From positions 42,152,296-42,206,171 of the forward strand of contig NC_057718.1 in NCBI RefSeq assembly GCF_004010195.1: DNA of 53,876 nt, read 5' to 3'. Numbering within the stretch: position 1 is the first letter of the stretch; each line of letters begins with the position of its first letter. Shown here one piece after another: positions 37,686 through 50,179 of the stretch. The DNA comes from Chiloscyllium plagiosum. Its lineage: Eukaryota. The position numbers were made by a program, and so were the translations under genes. Under the pieces are notes generated by a model, which was not told the origin of the DNA, did not search any database, and was given only the letters and a program-made list of their open reading frames with translations.

Positions 37686-39537
37686 AACATGTAGCAGAAG
37701 CTAAGGGAAAACATGGTACAAATACCAGGGATTATTTATAACTTTGTGTAGAGTACAGAGAATTCCATGCTAGCCAGGAGTTTTGCCAAGTCTCAGACAC
37801 TTGAAAATTGACAGAGCAACCACTGCTGACTTCATCACATATATACTCAGGCCTGCATTTCATCACCCGAGCCAGGGCTCCATACAGCACTGATTATAGA
37901 AGAGGGTGAATAAGGAACCTGGACTTTCTTTCAGAGGCCTCTTCCCCTCAGGGAGATAGGGGCTGTCATCATGCCACTACAAGGAGGAAGAGGACATCCA
38001 GCTGCCTCAGACCCTACACCTCAGGAAATTCCCAAGGTTCACAACACCTCATTCCATTCATCATTCCCTCCCTATCTCAGTACTAGAGAAGCCCAAAATC
38101 CAATCCCTCAAGGCCTCTGATCTCCAGAGGACACCTACAATAGTCACCCAAGACAATATGGCTGCAAAGCAGACTGTCTCCACCTCAGCTGATGATCTCA
38201 GTGTCAAAATTCTAGGCAGCATAACCTTAAGTCGTGATAAGCACAAAGGTTTCAAGGTGACTTTTACAAATATTTAACTTAAAAATACATTCATTACATA
38301 CAGTTTTTCCAATATTTACGAATGCATAGCCATAATGTGTAATATTTATTGAATGTTTCTATGAGTTTCCAGTTTTGTACTCATCTGTTGATGGATCATG
38401 GTTTATCATGGAGGCTACCCTCCCCGATTAAGGTTTATGATAGAAGCTTAGGTGTCCCCCTCCCCCTTTATGTACTAAAGGAGATTGATCTCCATTACTC
38501 TCAACCCATTTAACTAAGGTAGGATTTGACGCACTCAGAGCACTTTAAAGATGGAACTGGATCAGAATAATTGGTCTTGGTGGTCTGGAACATATAATGT
38601 CCAAGTATGGAAAAGATGTCTGTGATAAGAGTATTTACTAGTGAGTGTGTGTCAAAGCTCTGCTCCCAATGGTGGAGGAACAAAGGTCTAAAAGATACTC
38701 TACAAAAGAAGTGGTCAGAGCTACTTCAGAGCTACATCCCAGGAAGTTCTTAAGAGTTTTGGAAATAGAATAATGCAGCAACGAAGATGCACTCCTTGTT
38801 GGATAACCCTTATTTAGATTAGCTGACTGGAAGAAATCCAGTAGGGATAAAGATACATTTTTCAGGAGGGAGCCGGTGACAATTGAAGTTCTGCAGAAGT
38901 CCATGTTGGGAACACAACTATTCATATTCCACATCAATAATCTGGATGAAGGAATTGAGGGCTTTGTTGTTAAATTTGCAGATGACACATGTGGAGGGAC
39001 AGGTAGTGTTGAGGAAGTGGGGAGGCTGCATAAGTACTTGGTCAGGTCAGAGTGGGCAAAGAAGTGGCAGAAGCAATATAATGTGGAAAGTGTGACATTA
39101 TGCACTTTGATGGGAAGAATAGAGATGCTGACTATTTTCTAAATGGGGAAAGACTTCAGAAATATGAAGCACAAAAGGACTTAGGAGTCCCAACTTAGAA
39201 TTCTCTTAAGGTTAAATACAAGTGCATTTGTCTTCCTACTTGCCAACTGAAATGTCAGCATTCATTTCAGGAGGGCTAGATTACAGGACCATGTACTGCT
39301 GAGGCTGTATAAGGTTCTGATCAGACTGCATTTGGAACATTGTGAGCAGTTTTAAGCCCTGTATCTAAGGAAGGATGTGTTGGCCTTGGAGGTGGCCCAA
39401 AGGAAGTTCACAAGAATGATACTAGAGATGAACAGCTTGTCAAATAAGGAGCAGTTGAGAACCCTAGCTCTACAATTGAAGAGATTAGAAGGATGGGGTG
39501 GGGAGGGGGGGGGAAATCTCATTGAAACTTACAGAAT

Positions 39538-39847
39538 TTTAGATTAGATTAGATTACTTACAGTGTGGAAACAGGCCCTTCGGCCCAACAAGTCCACACT
39601 GCCCCGCCGAAGCGCAAACCACCCATACCCCTACATTTACCCCTTACCTAACACTACGGGCAATTTAGCATGGCCAATTCACCTGACCTGTACATCTTTG
39701 GACTGTGGGAGGAAACCGGAGCACCCGGAGGAAACCCACGCAGACACGGGGAGAACTCCACACAGTTAGTCGCCTGAGGCGGGTATTGAACCCGGGTCTC
39801 TGGCGCTGTGAGGCAGCAGTGCTAACCACTGTGCCACCGTGCCGCCC
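39538..39847 (-). mobile_element. HE1-like tRNA-derived SINE (young, CpG-rich)
   Basis: The minus strand starts GGGCGGCACGGTGGCACAGTGGTTAGCACTGCTGCC, has B box GGTTCAATAC, and ends in an (aatct)n tail. agaat is duplicated on both sides. Confidence 0.93.
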
Positions 39848-40051
39848 AGAATGCTGAGAGGCCTGGATATAGTGAATGTGGAGAAGTTATTTCCTCTAGT
39901 AGGAGAGATTAGAGCCAGAGGGCACAGCCTCAGAGTGAAGGGGCAACCCTTAAGAACTAGGACAAGGAGAAATTTCTTTAACCAGAGGGTGGTTAATCTA
40001 TGGACCTCATTGCCATAGAAGGCTGATGAGGCCAAGTCACTAAGTGTCTTT

Positions 40052-40792
40052 CGTTATGAAGGTATAAGAGATACTGTACCTTTTAAGAGTGTTAAAAGTT
40101 AGCAGAACTACCTGATACAGCACCAAGTATTCTGAACAAGGTAACAATGTAACATTTGGTCAAATAGCTAAAGTAGCTGGGTTGCCTGGAGACAAAGACA
40201 AATTCAAATTCGGCCAATCAGTTTAAATTATGCCTCAAAATACCTAACTCCAATCAAGATGAATTTAGTATTTTGACAATATTAACACCAATGAAACAAT
40301 CTGATGCTTTGGGGTATGAAACCATTAAAAAATTGAACTGTTGGAGGAGAACTGCTAAAAGACCAACAAATGTGGGCTGCTCATGAGAACTCTCTGAGAG
40401 GTACCTGTCGAGAGAAGGAGCCTGCACAAAATAAAAAACTTTCAAAACTGACCTGGAAAGCAAATCCACAGAGGAAAATACAAAGAAAAGATTCGACTGC
40501 TGGCTGGTTTTGAAATTTGAATTTTTTGGTATATCTTAATCGGGGATTTAATCGGACCAGTATTGTAGAGGGGAAGGTAAAAGATAGGTTAGAGAAAGGA
40601 GTTGTAAATACTTGCTAATTAATTATTCCCTGTTCGACTTCAAAAAATAAAGTTGTTAATTTTTACTTTAAATAGTGACTTTTGTGAATAGTTCCTTGCC
40701 TCTCAAATTTTAACAGATTACAGCATGCGTTAAATCATTTCTACATTGCAGAATAAATTAGTGGGGGGTGGGGGTTACCCCGTGTTGTAACA
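40052..40792 (+). repeat. 5' LTR (741 bp)
   Basis: cgttatgaaggt...gtgttgtaaca. Its start and end match 45137-45400. Confidence 0.92.
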
Positions 40793-40795
40793 GTT

Positions 40796-40815
40796 TGGGG
40801 GCTTTCGTTCGAAAT
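40796..40815 (+). promoter_or_regulatory. Degenerate primer-binding site, tRNA-Pro-like
   Basis: tgggggctttcgttcgaaat lies 3 nt after the LTR. The canonical tRNA-Pro PBS is TGGGGGCTCGTCCGGGAT. Confidence 0.65.
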
Positions 40816-40971
40816 TTGAACTAACTTAGACAGATTCGAATTTGGGGGTACAAAAACTCCCAGCAAATTTAAACACTTGCAGGTTAGTGTCCTCGATCTT
40901 TAAATAAAACATTGGTGAGACAATTTGTTTGATTTCAGTAACTTGCGGTTGATTAAATTAGAAGTGAGAGA

Positions 40972-42150
40972 AATGGCTCTTAAAATTGCTGAAGGGGTTC
41001 TGGGATTTGAAGATGATTCTCAAATGTGCCAAGAAAGTTTAGAAGGAAAGAAAAAGGCCATACTTTTAGAATTAGCAAACAAGTTAGATTTGGGTTTAAC
41101 CAAGGACAAAGGTAAAGCTGAAATTGTAAGGGAGTTACTCAAACACTTAGGTATATCAGAGAAACAGACAAGTGCAGTAGAGGTATAAGAACTTAAATTA
41201 CAATTGAGGAAAATGGAGTGAGAAGATAAAAAGAGATAGAGAGAGAGAAGGATCTCAGCTGAGGAAAGAGAGAGAGAGAAGAAAGGGAGAGAGAAAGAGA
41301 GAGAGAAGATAGAGCAAGAGAGAGAGAGAGAGAGAGAGTAAAAAGAAAGAGAGAAGTTTCTAAGCTGAGCAAAAGGAGAGAGAATCTGAACTGGAGAAGG
41401 TGCAACTTAGTCAGCAAAATCAAGTTACCGGGATGGAGATTAAAAGAGAAGGTAGTGATGTATACGAATATGTCAAAACTCTGCCACATTTTGATGAGAA
41501 AGTTGAAGCCTTTTTTATTTCATTTGAAAAATTGGCGAGGCAGATGGACTGGTCTGAGGATCCATGGGTAATGCTAGTTTAGCACAGGATAAAAAAGGAT
41601 CCTGAGATGGTGGAAACGTGGTGAAAGGCCTCAGGTATTTTCACTGTGATAAAATGGGACACGTAAAGTCACAATGCTGGTCATTAAAGAAAGGCACTCT
41701 GGGAAAAGATGTGGTAAAAGAAGCTAAGCCAGTAGCATTAGTGAAAGTAGTAAAGGAGACCCCAAGAAGAGCTGAGGAGCTGCAGGAGAGTGCACTGCCT
41801 AGGCAGGGGCTGGGTATGGAGCTAGTACCTGATCTCTATAAAGAATTCATCTCTGTGGGTAAAGTTTACTCAGAAAGAACAGGTGGAGAAAGACAAGAGT
41901 TATAATTTTGAGATATATAGGATCTAACCTGTCACCTATTGTAAGGATTGAGCGAATATGCACACTTTCTCAATCTGTTACACGAGAATGTGGTAATTTG
42001 TGGGATAGATGGACAGAAATTTAGCATTCCCCTATATAAGGTCAGGTTGGAGTGCTAACTCAAGACTGGGGAAGTTATAGTGGGAGTGATTGATAAGAGT
42101 GTCAGTTCCAGGAATTCAGTTTGTTCTTGGGAATGATTTGGCAGGATCCA
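40972..42150 (+). pseudogene. gag: gag and protease remnants
   Basis: MALKIAEG..LLELANKLDLGL, a GA-rich coiled coil, LPHFDEKVEAFFISFEKLARQMDW, knuckle YFHCDKMGHVKSQCW, and VPGIQFVLGNDLAG. Stops, frameshifts and an internal deletion. Confidence 0.85.
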
Positions 42151-42539
42151 AGGTGGGAGTGACACCGCTTGTTGTAGAGAAGCCCAAGGAAGACCAAGAA
42201 ACTGAGGAGTTAAAACAGAAATATCCTGGTATTTTCCCAGACTATGTAGTAACCAGATCCCAGTATCATAAGTCACAGCACGAAACGAAAAGTAAAGAGA
42301 AAGATGAAGGAGTTGAGGCTCAGTAAGTGGGCACCCTGTTTGACACAATGGTGTAGGAAAAACCTGAACAGGCAGAGCGTCAGACAGAAGTGTTTAGTCC
42401 CGAAAGGCTAAGGGACTTGCAACAGCAAGATAAGACAATAAAAGATACATATGAGGATGCATACACTGAAAAGGAGGCAGAGTATATTATCTGAAAGATG
42501 GAATCCTAAGATGGAAATGGAGACCACGGCAGGTTAGTG

Positions 42540-43210
42540 CAGAGGAGAAATGGGCCAAAGTGCACAGATTGTGGGTAGCATATGGACAGGAGGTGTTACG
42601 GGTAGCACATGAACTACCTGTAGGAGGTCACCCAGGGGTACAAAAGACTCAGGCTAAAGTACAAAACTATTTTTATTGGCCTGGAATGCACAAGAATGTG
42701 GTCAACATCATACATGCAAAATGGTAGATAAGTCACAGGCAGTAATAAAACTAACACCTTTGTTGCCAATTCCTGCATTTGAAAAACCTTTCGTGCAGGT
42801 TATAATTGATTGTGTAGGTCCCCTCCTGAGAACTCAAAGTGTGAATCAGTATTTGCTAACCATAATGGATGTGTCTACAAAATTTCCGGAGGCAATTCCA
42901 TTATGGAGTATCGAGGCAAAAAGGGTAGTAGAGGAGTTAGTAACTTTCTTCACACAGTATGGGCAACTCAGAGAGATTCATTCAGACCAAAGGTCAAATT
43001 TTACTACAAGGCTGTTTAAGGAGGTTATGGATAGCTAGTGATACAGCACTTTAAATCCAGTGCGTATCATCCTGAATCCCAAGGAGCTTTAGAAAGGTGG
43101 CATCAGACCTTGAAGACCATGTTGAGAGCATACTGTCAGGATTACCCGAGTGATTGGTATAAAGGTATCCCATTCGTATTGTTTGCCATTAGAGATGCTC
43201 CAAATGAATC
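42540..43210 (+). pseudogene. Integrase remnant
   Basis: AHELPVGGHPGVQKT..FYWPGM, IPAFEKPFVQVIIDCVGPL, YLLTIMD..TKFPEAIPL, IHSDQRSNF, SSAYHPESQGALERWHQTLK. Confidence 0.92.
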
Positions 43211-43699
43211 TATGTATCGGAGGTGAGGGAGAGATTAAATCGAGTAGGTATGTTAGCTAAACAGCACCTAAAGAGGGCACAGTGTAGATTGAAGCAGGTG
43301 ACAGATAAAAGCTCTGAGACACGACGTTTTCCCAAGGGGATGACGTATTAGGACTGTTACCAGTGATAGGAGATCCCTTCAAAACCAGGTTTAGTGGTCC
43401 CTACCAAATTGAGAAAAAGTTGAGTCAGGTGAACTATGTAGTAAAGATGCCAGATAGAAAAAATAGGTATTGGGTATGTCATATGAACATGTTAAAACCC
43501 AGTTATACTAGTGAGAAACAACTGGAGAAACAGGTGTTAGTTACTGCCCTGCAGAGTAAGGAATCAAATCAAGATGATGTGGATTTTGATGTGCCTCAAA
43601 ATAGATTTTAAAAATGAAGAAACCCTTGAGGAATGGGATAGGTTAGTAAACTATCTGTTTCATGAGCATAGAATGAAGTTGAAAGATTTGTTACTGCAG

Positions 43700-44970
43700 T
43701 ACAAGGACATATGTAAGAATCAGATGGGGAGGACTAATGCTATTGCACATCAAGTAGACGTAGGGAATACAGCTCTGATAAAACAACACCACTATCGGCT
43801 TAATGCTTTCAAAGCCAGACAGGTCCAGAAGGAGGCGGAGGTCATGCTTGACAAGGAAATCATCAAACTAAGTCAGAATGAGTGGAGTTCGCCGATCATC
43901 TTAGTTCCCAAATCAGACAGGACTCAACGATTCTGCGTGGATTATCAGAAGGTCAATGCTGTTACAAAATCGGACTCATATCCACTTCCTAGATTGGAGG
44001 ACTGTATTGAGAAAGTCGACAAGCCAGTTACATCACTAAGTTGGACTTACTCGCAGGTACCATTATCAGAGATGGCGGAAGAAATTTCTGGGTTTGTGAC
44101 CCCAAATGGGCTATATCAGTTTAAAGCGATGCCCTTTGGAATGAAGAATGTACCCGCCACATTCCAATGACTGATAAACATAGCTGTGCCTGGGTTAACA
44201 AACTGTACAGTCTATTTGGACATTGTAGTGATCTTTAGTAAGTCCTGGAATGATCACATGGTACAGTTGGCAGAGCTCTTTGAATAACTACGAGAAGCAA
44301 AATTGGTGATAAAATTAAACAAAACTGAATTCACAAAAGCAGAAATGACATTGAGGAATTTCCACTACCAACCTCGAAGAAAGAGGTGCTTCAATTCTTA
44401 GGACTCAGCAGATTCTATTGGGAAGTTTGTTCCAAACTTCAGCAGTATAGTGGCACCGTTAACTGATTTGCTGAAGAAGAACACAAATTTCGATGGACAG
44501 AACAATAGTAGGAGTCATTCGACCATTTGAAAGCAATATTAATCACCAGTTAACCAGTTTTTATTAACCAGTTTTAGCTACACCAAACTTTTAAAAACCT
44601 TTGAAAGTCACCATCAATGCTAGTGACACAGGAGTTGGAGCTGTACTGTTACAGGAAGGTGAGGATGGGATTGAACTGCCAATTAGTTACCTTTTGAAGA
44701 AGCTCAACATCCTCCAAAGAAAATACTCCATGACTGAAAAAGAACTACTGAGTTTGGTACTGGCCTTACAACATTTTAATGTTAATGTCATGAACAATGT
44801 GTTGATGACGGTTGTGTCCACAGATCACAATCCTCTTACATTCTTAGAACGCTTTAAAGACAAGTATGTGAACTATTTCGTTGGAGTCTTATGTTACAGA
44901 CTTTTAATTTAAAAACTGTAAATGTTGCAGGTCATAAGAACATAACTGCAGATGCGTTATCACGGATGTA
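43700..44970 (+). pseudogene. pol: Reverse transcriptase and RNase H remnants
   Basis: EWSSPIILVPK..QRFCVDYQKVN, YPLPRLEDCI, GLYQFKAMPFGMKNVPATFQ and VYLDI. RNase H: INASDTGVGAVLLQ, YSMTEKELL, TDHNPL and NITADALSR. Confidence 0.92.
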
Positions 44971-45136
44971 ACTGATAAGGTTTAGATGAGATTTGTAAAG
45001 GTATATGGGAAGACGTTAAGGTGAACTTAGATTAAAGTTATCTGTATGACCAGTAAGGGTAATGTGTTTAAAGAATAGAAAAAAAAATGAAGCCATCTTT
45101 TCATTATAATGGTTCATTTTTTCTAAAGGGGAGAGG

Positions 45137-45400
45137 CGTTATGAAGGTGTAAGGGGTACTGTACCTTTTAAGAGAGTTAAAAGCTAGCAGAACTACCAGA
45201 TACAACACCAAGTGTTCTGAACAAGGTAACAAGGTACATTTGGTTGAACAGCTAGGGTAGATGGGTTGCCTGGAGACAAAAACAAATGCAAATTCGGCCA
45301 ACCCGTTTTACCAAATTACAGCACGGGTTAAACCATTTCTGGTTTAAATGAATAGCTAGTCATTCTCCTATCCAGGGGGAGTTTACCCCATGTTGTAACA
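45137..45400 (+). repeat. 3' LTR (264 bp, internally deleted)
   Basis: Follows the polypurine tract. cgttatgaaggt...atgttgtaaca. Confidence 0.92.
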
Positions 45401-46719
45401 CTTTAAGATAAGGGAAAGTTAAGTTCTTGACCAGTAAGGGGATCAAAGTCACAGGGAGAAGGCAGAAGAATAGGGCTGAGAAATATACAACCCTGGTTTA
45501 ATGGTAAAGCTGACTCGATGGACCAAATGACCTATTGCTGGTCCTGTATCTTGTGGTTTAATATACCGTGTTGCTGGAAATAATGAAAATTACAATTGGA
45601 AGCTTGAGCTATCTGTTTTAAATGTATAGCTTATGAAGTGTACACTTGTAAATGGCAGAAACAGTGAGACAGAATGAACATTCATCTCATCAATCAGGTT
45701 TAGAATCAAACAGAGGTGTCAGAAATAGTTAATCCCTTTGCTAAACATTTACACTACCCATTTGCATCACAATATTTCTTTTAGAAAATCATTAGTGCAC
45801 TTTATCTTTACCTGTTCTCTTGACTTGAATACAGTTATTCTTAAATATTAAATGCTCATGTCATTGCTACAATCATTAAGTAGGAGGATTTGCAGAGCCC
45901 ACTATGTTCGTGTTGTAAAATTAGTTATCAATTGAGATGCAGTTGTTAATTCAGCATGCATTTATTTGAATTGTGTGTATTTGTTTACCTCTTTAACATG
46001 GCCAAGCTGGTAATTCATTCACAACCAATACCTCAATGATACAATCATTACCACGCTGTTTAAATTTATTTTGTATGAGCAAATGTAACACAATGCAGCA
46101 TTTATTTTATTCTACTAATCTCCAAATCACAATGAGCATGATCAGAGTTATACTACTAGATGGAATTGACATTGTACACACATGGGTTTGTTAATGCTAG
46201 GAGAGCAATGACAGAAGTATCTAGTTTCTTATAATGTGAAGATTCAATAGTAAGTCACCCTTGTGGTGTGGAGTAGAATTCTGAAGTCCCTAGGTTTGCC
46301 TTGCTATCAGTAATTATCTTCAGGATGAGCCTCTTTAATAGGTGTTATGCACCTAAGTTACATATTTATACAAGTGATCCTATAAACTATCTGATCTGGC
46401 ACTCCAATAATAATAAAAATTCTCTTCTTTCAGATGTTCAGGAACAAAAGGTCCAGTAGCTCATGGATATCAACAACCCCAAAATTCATACTCAAGCATT
46501 TTATTTGTTCATATTTTTAGCAGCTGTTCTATTTAATACTGATTCTTAAAAGACTAAGGCCTTGAGATTCCTTGCACCATACTTTTACAGAGGCAATTCA
46601 CGCATAACTTGTCCAACAGGTCTAGTTTAGCCGATTCCCTGCTTGCTTCCATTACTTTTGTTCTAAGAAATTATTCTGAAAACATTCCTGTTCTGGGCCT
46701 TCTTTGCTATCTTAATTAG

Positions 46720-47450
46720 CAAGGTGCTTGGAATGTTGACCTTAAGTGCAAGGGGGACAGAGCATAAATGTAGAGAACTCTTTCTACAACTTTACTGGGC
46801 ACTGGTGAGAGTGCATTTGGATTAATACGTGCAGTTTTGGTTGTCTTATTTAAGGAAGGATACACTGGCATTGTGGGCATTTAGAGAAGATTCACAAGTG
46901 AACTGTGGTATTAAGGGATTGTTTTATGAGGAAGGATTTGATGTTTGCATCAATAGTTGGTTAGTTTAGATGAATGAGAAATTATCTTAATTAAAACAAG
47001 TGCTGAGGTGACATCAGGGTTGAGGTTTGTGTTGGTTGACAAAGTAAGTGCTGAGAAGGTGTTTCCCCTTGTGGGAGCATTAGAACTCAGGGCCACTTGT
47101 TAAAAATAAGAGGACACTCATTTCAGACAGAATGAGGAAGAATTTGTTCTCACACAGTGTAATTAAACTTTGGAATACCTTACCCCATAGAACAGTTGAG
47201 GCTGGATCATTGAATACACCTATGTTAAGAAGGACTTCTACACATGAAGGATAGAAGAGGTTTGGAACTCTTTTTCACAAACAGCAATTGATGCTGCATC
47301 AGTTGTTACTTTTAAATCTGAGATAGATAATGCCTTGTTAAGCAAAAGGTGGGTATGTGGAGTTAGGCCACAGATCAGTCATGAACTCATTGAATGGTGG
47401 AACAGGCTGAAGTAGCTGAATGAACTACTCCTGTTCCTATGGTCCTTTGT
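46720..47450 (+). mobile_element. Old CR1 LINE 3' fragments
   Basis: gtgcagttttggttgtcttatttaaggaagga (VQFW..YLRKD), aatgaggaagaatttgttctc, and a 3' UTR ending actcctgttcctat. Confidence 0.8.
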
Positions 47451-47952
47451 ATATTTGAACCTAAGCTAGCCAGGTCAAAGGAAAAAGCACTAAAATGTGT
47501 AAATGAGATATACTGGTCTGAATTTAAATTCAAAAAGGTGGCTCTCCTTGCCAACAAAGCCCACATTCCATTAATAAGGTCCATCTTCCTTCACCTAAAA
47601 TCTTGGACATAAATTTCTATCAGTTCAGAAAAGCTTCAATTACAATAGATATGTGTTCTCTCGTCCTTTTCATGAAATGTTGAAGTATTTAATGAGTGAA
47701 CTGGAATTTCCAAAAATGGCATAAACTATTAAGGAAAGCTACATTTTGAGATGTTCAAAAGAACTAAAGATAGACATGGATTTGAATAAAATGTTTCACA
47801 ACTTCAGGCTATCACTGTTATTGAAGTACTTTTGTTGTGTGGTCAAACATTGTAAATCAGGAAACGTTTCAAGTAATTCAAAGTTTGGGAGAAGATTTGT
47901 AGCTCGGGTGCTCGTTGTTGTGGTTCTGTTCGCCGAGCTGGGAATTTGTGTT

Positions 47953-47992
47953 GCAGACGTTTCGTCCCCGGTCTAGGTGACATCCTCAGTGC
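47953..47992 (-). ncRNA. Minimal type I hammerhead ribozyme motif
   Basis: GCA CUGAGGA U GUCACCUAGACCGGGGAC GAAA C GUC/UGC: stem I GCA:UGC, stem II GUC..GAC. Confidence 0.8.
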
Positions 47993-49955
47993 TTGGGAGC
48001 CTCCTGTGATGCGCTTCTGTGATGTTTCCTCCACCATTTATAGTGGTTTGTATCTGTCGCTTCCGGTTGTCAGTTCCAGCTGTCTGCTGCAGTGGCCGGT
48101 ATATTGGGTCCAGGTCGATGTGCTTGTTGATTGAATCAGTGGTACATAGTACAGAACAGGACCACACACAGCAAAAAAATGGCACTAAAAGAAAAAATGG
48201 CCAAACTAACACACAACAGAGAGGACACCACAACACACTCGTGGGTTAGAAACTTCTCGCACAGATAGCTCACAGACACGGAAAGAACAATACTGGCCAA
48301 GGGACTCAACTACAACCACAGGGACGCCAAGACAGCAGACTTCCTAGCAGCACTAGAATGCACACTCAGAAACAATGGACTGACAGAAGAGACACAACAA
48401 ACAGTGAGGCAAAGTATCGTACCCCTGATAACAAGGAAAAGACAAACACATAACCTCAACACCAAGGAGAGAGCAGCACTAAAAACACTAAGAAATGATA
48501 AGAACATAATCATACTACCAGCAGACAAAGGCAGAGTGACGGTCATCCTGGACAGAGCAGAGTACATCCAAAAAGCGCAACAACTACTTGCAGATACCAA
48601 TACCTACCAAAAGAGGGAGTTTGACCCCACCCCACAGCTCACCAATAGGATAAACAACACACTGAGGAACCTACAAAAAAACGGACAGATAACCAGGCTT
48701 GACCTACAGAGGATGAAACCTGAAAGCAACAACACCCCCAGATTCTATGGACTACCGAAAGTGCACAAACCAGACATCCCACTCAGACCCATAGTATCAC
48801 TACCAGGGACACCATCACACAAACTGGCTAAAGAACTACAGCAGAAACTGAAACACCTGATCAGCAGATCCAGACACTCTATACAGTCAACACAGGAATT
48901 CTTGGACATCATCAGAAATATACACATAGACAAGGAAGAAACTATGGTCTCATTCGATAACGGCACTATTCACTTCTATCGTCAAAACCCTAGCCAACCT
49001 GCTGGAAACACAGAATAGACAACAAGACCGGGAACCTATCAACAAAGTCTGCATACTCAAACTACTGGACCTATGCCTCACAACACACTTCACATTCAAC
49101 AACCAAATATATGAACAAATCAACGGCACCCCCATGGGCTCACCCATCTCTGGACTCATAGCAGAAGCGGTAATGCAAAGGTTAGAGCAAACAGTCTTAT
49201 CGCAAATTCAACCCAAACTCTCGGTCAGATATGTAGATGATACCTTTGTAATGATTAAAAACTAAGAAATAGAGAACACACACCGGATCATCAACGCCAC
49301 ACTCACAGGAATCGATTCACTAGAGAGGAAGAAAAGCACATCCAACTCCCATTCCGAGACGTGATGGGACAGAGAACACCGAACGGCGAATTCACCACAA
49401 AGGTATACAGGAAAGCCACACACACAGACCAAGTCCTAAACTACAAAAGCAACCATGACTTTGACAGCCAGACTATTGCAACCACTAGGACTCATAACAG
49501 CACACAAACCAACAGCCACTCTCAGACAACAACTCACCAGGACGAATGACCCGAGACCCAGCATGAGCAAAACCAATGTAGTGTACAAAATCCCATGCAA
49601 GGACTGCACAAAACACTACATAGGACAAACAGGAAGACAGCTAACGATCCGCATCCATGAACACCAAAGAGCCACGAAACGACATGGTCAGCTATCCTTA
49701 GTAGCCACACACTCAGATGACAAGCAACATGAGTTCAACTGGGACAACACTACTATTATAGGACAAGCCAAACAGAGAACAGCCAGGGAATTCCTAGAGG
49801 CATGGCACTCATCCACAGATTCAATCAACAAGCACATCGACCTGGACCCAATATACCGGCCACTGCAGCTGGAACTGACAACTGGAAGCAGCAGATAACA
49901 ATCACTATAAATGCCGGAGGAAACATCACAGAAGCGCTTCACAGGAGGCTCCCAA

Positions 49956-49995
49956 GCACTGAGGATGTTACCTAGACAGGAGACGAAACGTCTGC
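49956..49995 (+). ncRNA. Minimal type I hammerhead ribozyme motif
   Basis: GCA CUGAGGA U GUUACCUAGACAGGAGAC GAAA C GUC/UGC. Confidence 0.8.
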
Positions 49996-50179
49996 AACAC
50001 AAATTCCCAGCTCAGTGAACAGAACCACAACAACGTTTGAAGTAAGTTGCTTAAGTGCTTACTGAGTAGACGTACAAATTGATTTTAATCTGTAATGTGA
50101 CGTTTAGGCACCAAATAGTTTAATGCATGTTGCAAAAAATATAATTGTAATTTATGCACCAAGCACAGCAGTTCTATAA

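Larger units (their letters stand above)
40052..45400 (+). mobile_element. Gmr1-like Gypsy LTR retrotransposon provirus (decayed)
   Basis: Two homologous LTRs, cttt TSD (40048-40051 / 45401-45404), PBS, polypurine tract aaaggggagagg, and gag-PR-IN-RT-RH remnants. Confidence 0.95.
38810..45560 (+). mobile_element. CR1 LINE in three parts (38810-39537, 39848-40051, 45401-45560), host of a SINE and a Gypsy provirus
   Basis: LGTQLFIFHINNLDEG..VKFADDT. The sequence is collinear across both insertions (taagtgtcttt|aagata). Confidence 0.88.
47877..50035 (+). mobile_element. Penelope-like retroelement of a second family, 5'-truncated, with inverted terminal copy
   Basis: [51 protein letters not shown], and GIY-YIG NVVYKIPCKDCTKHYIGQTGRQLTIRIHEH. 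47912-48142 is an inverted copy of 49812-50035. Flanks aacgtttcaagtaa / aacgtttgaagtaa. Confidence 0.95.

Noticed and set aside
39770..39847. tRNA-like A and B boxes (also near 7600 and 50800) as tRNA genes
   Set aside because: They are SINE heads followed by SINE body and tail, with no complete cloverleaf.
41220..41390. GA-rich low-complexity tract as an independent microsatellite
   Set aside because: It is the E/R/K coiled-coil region of the Gypsy gag.
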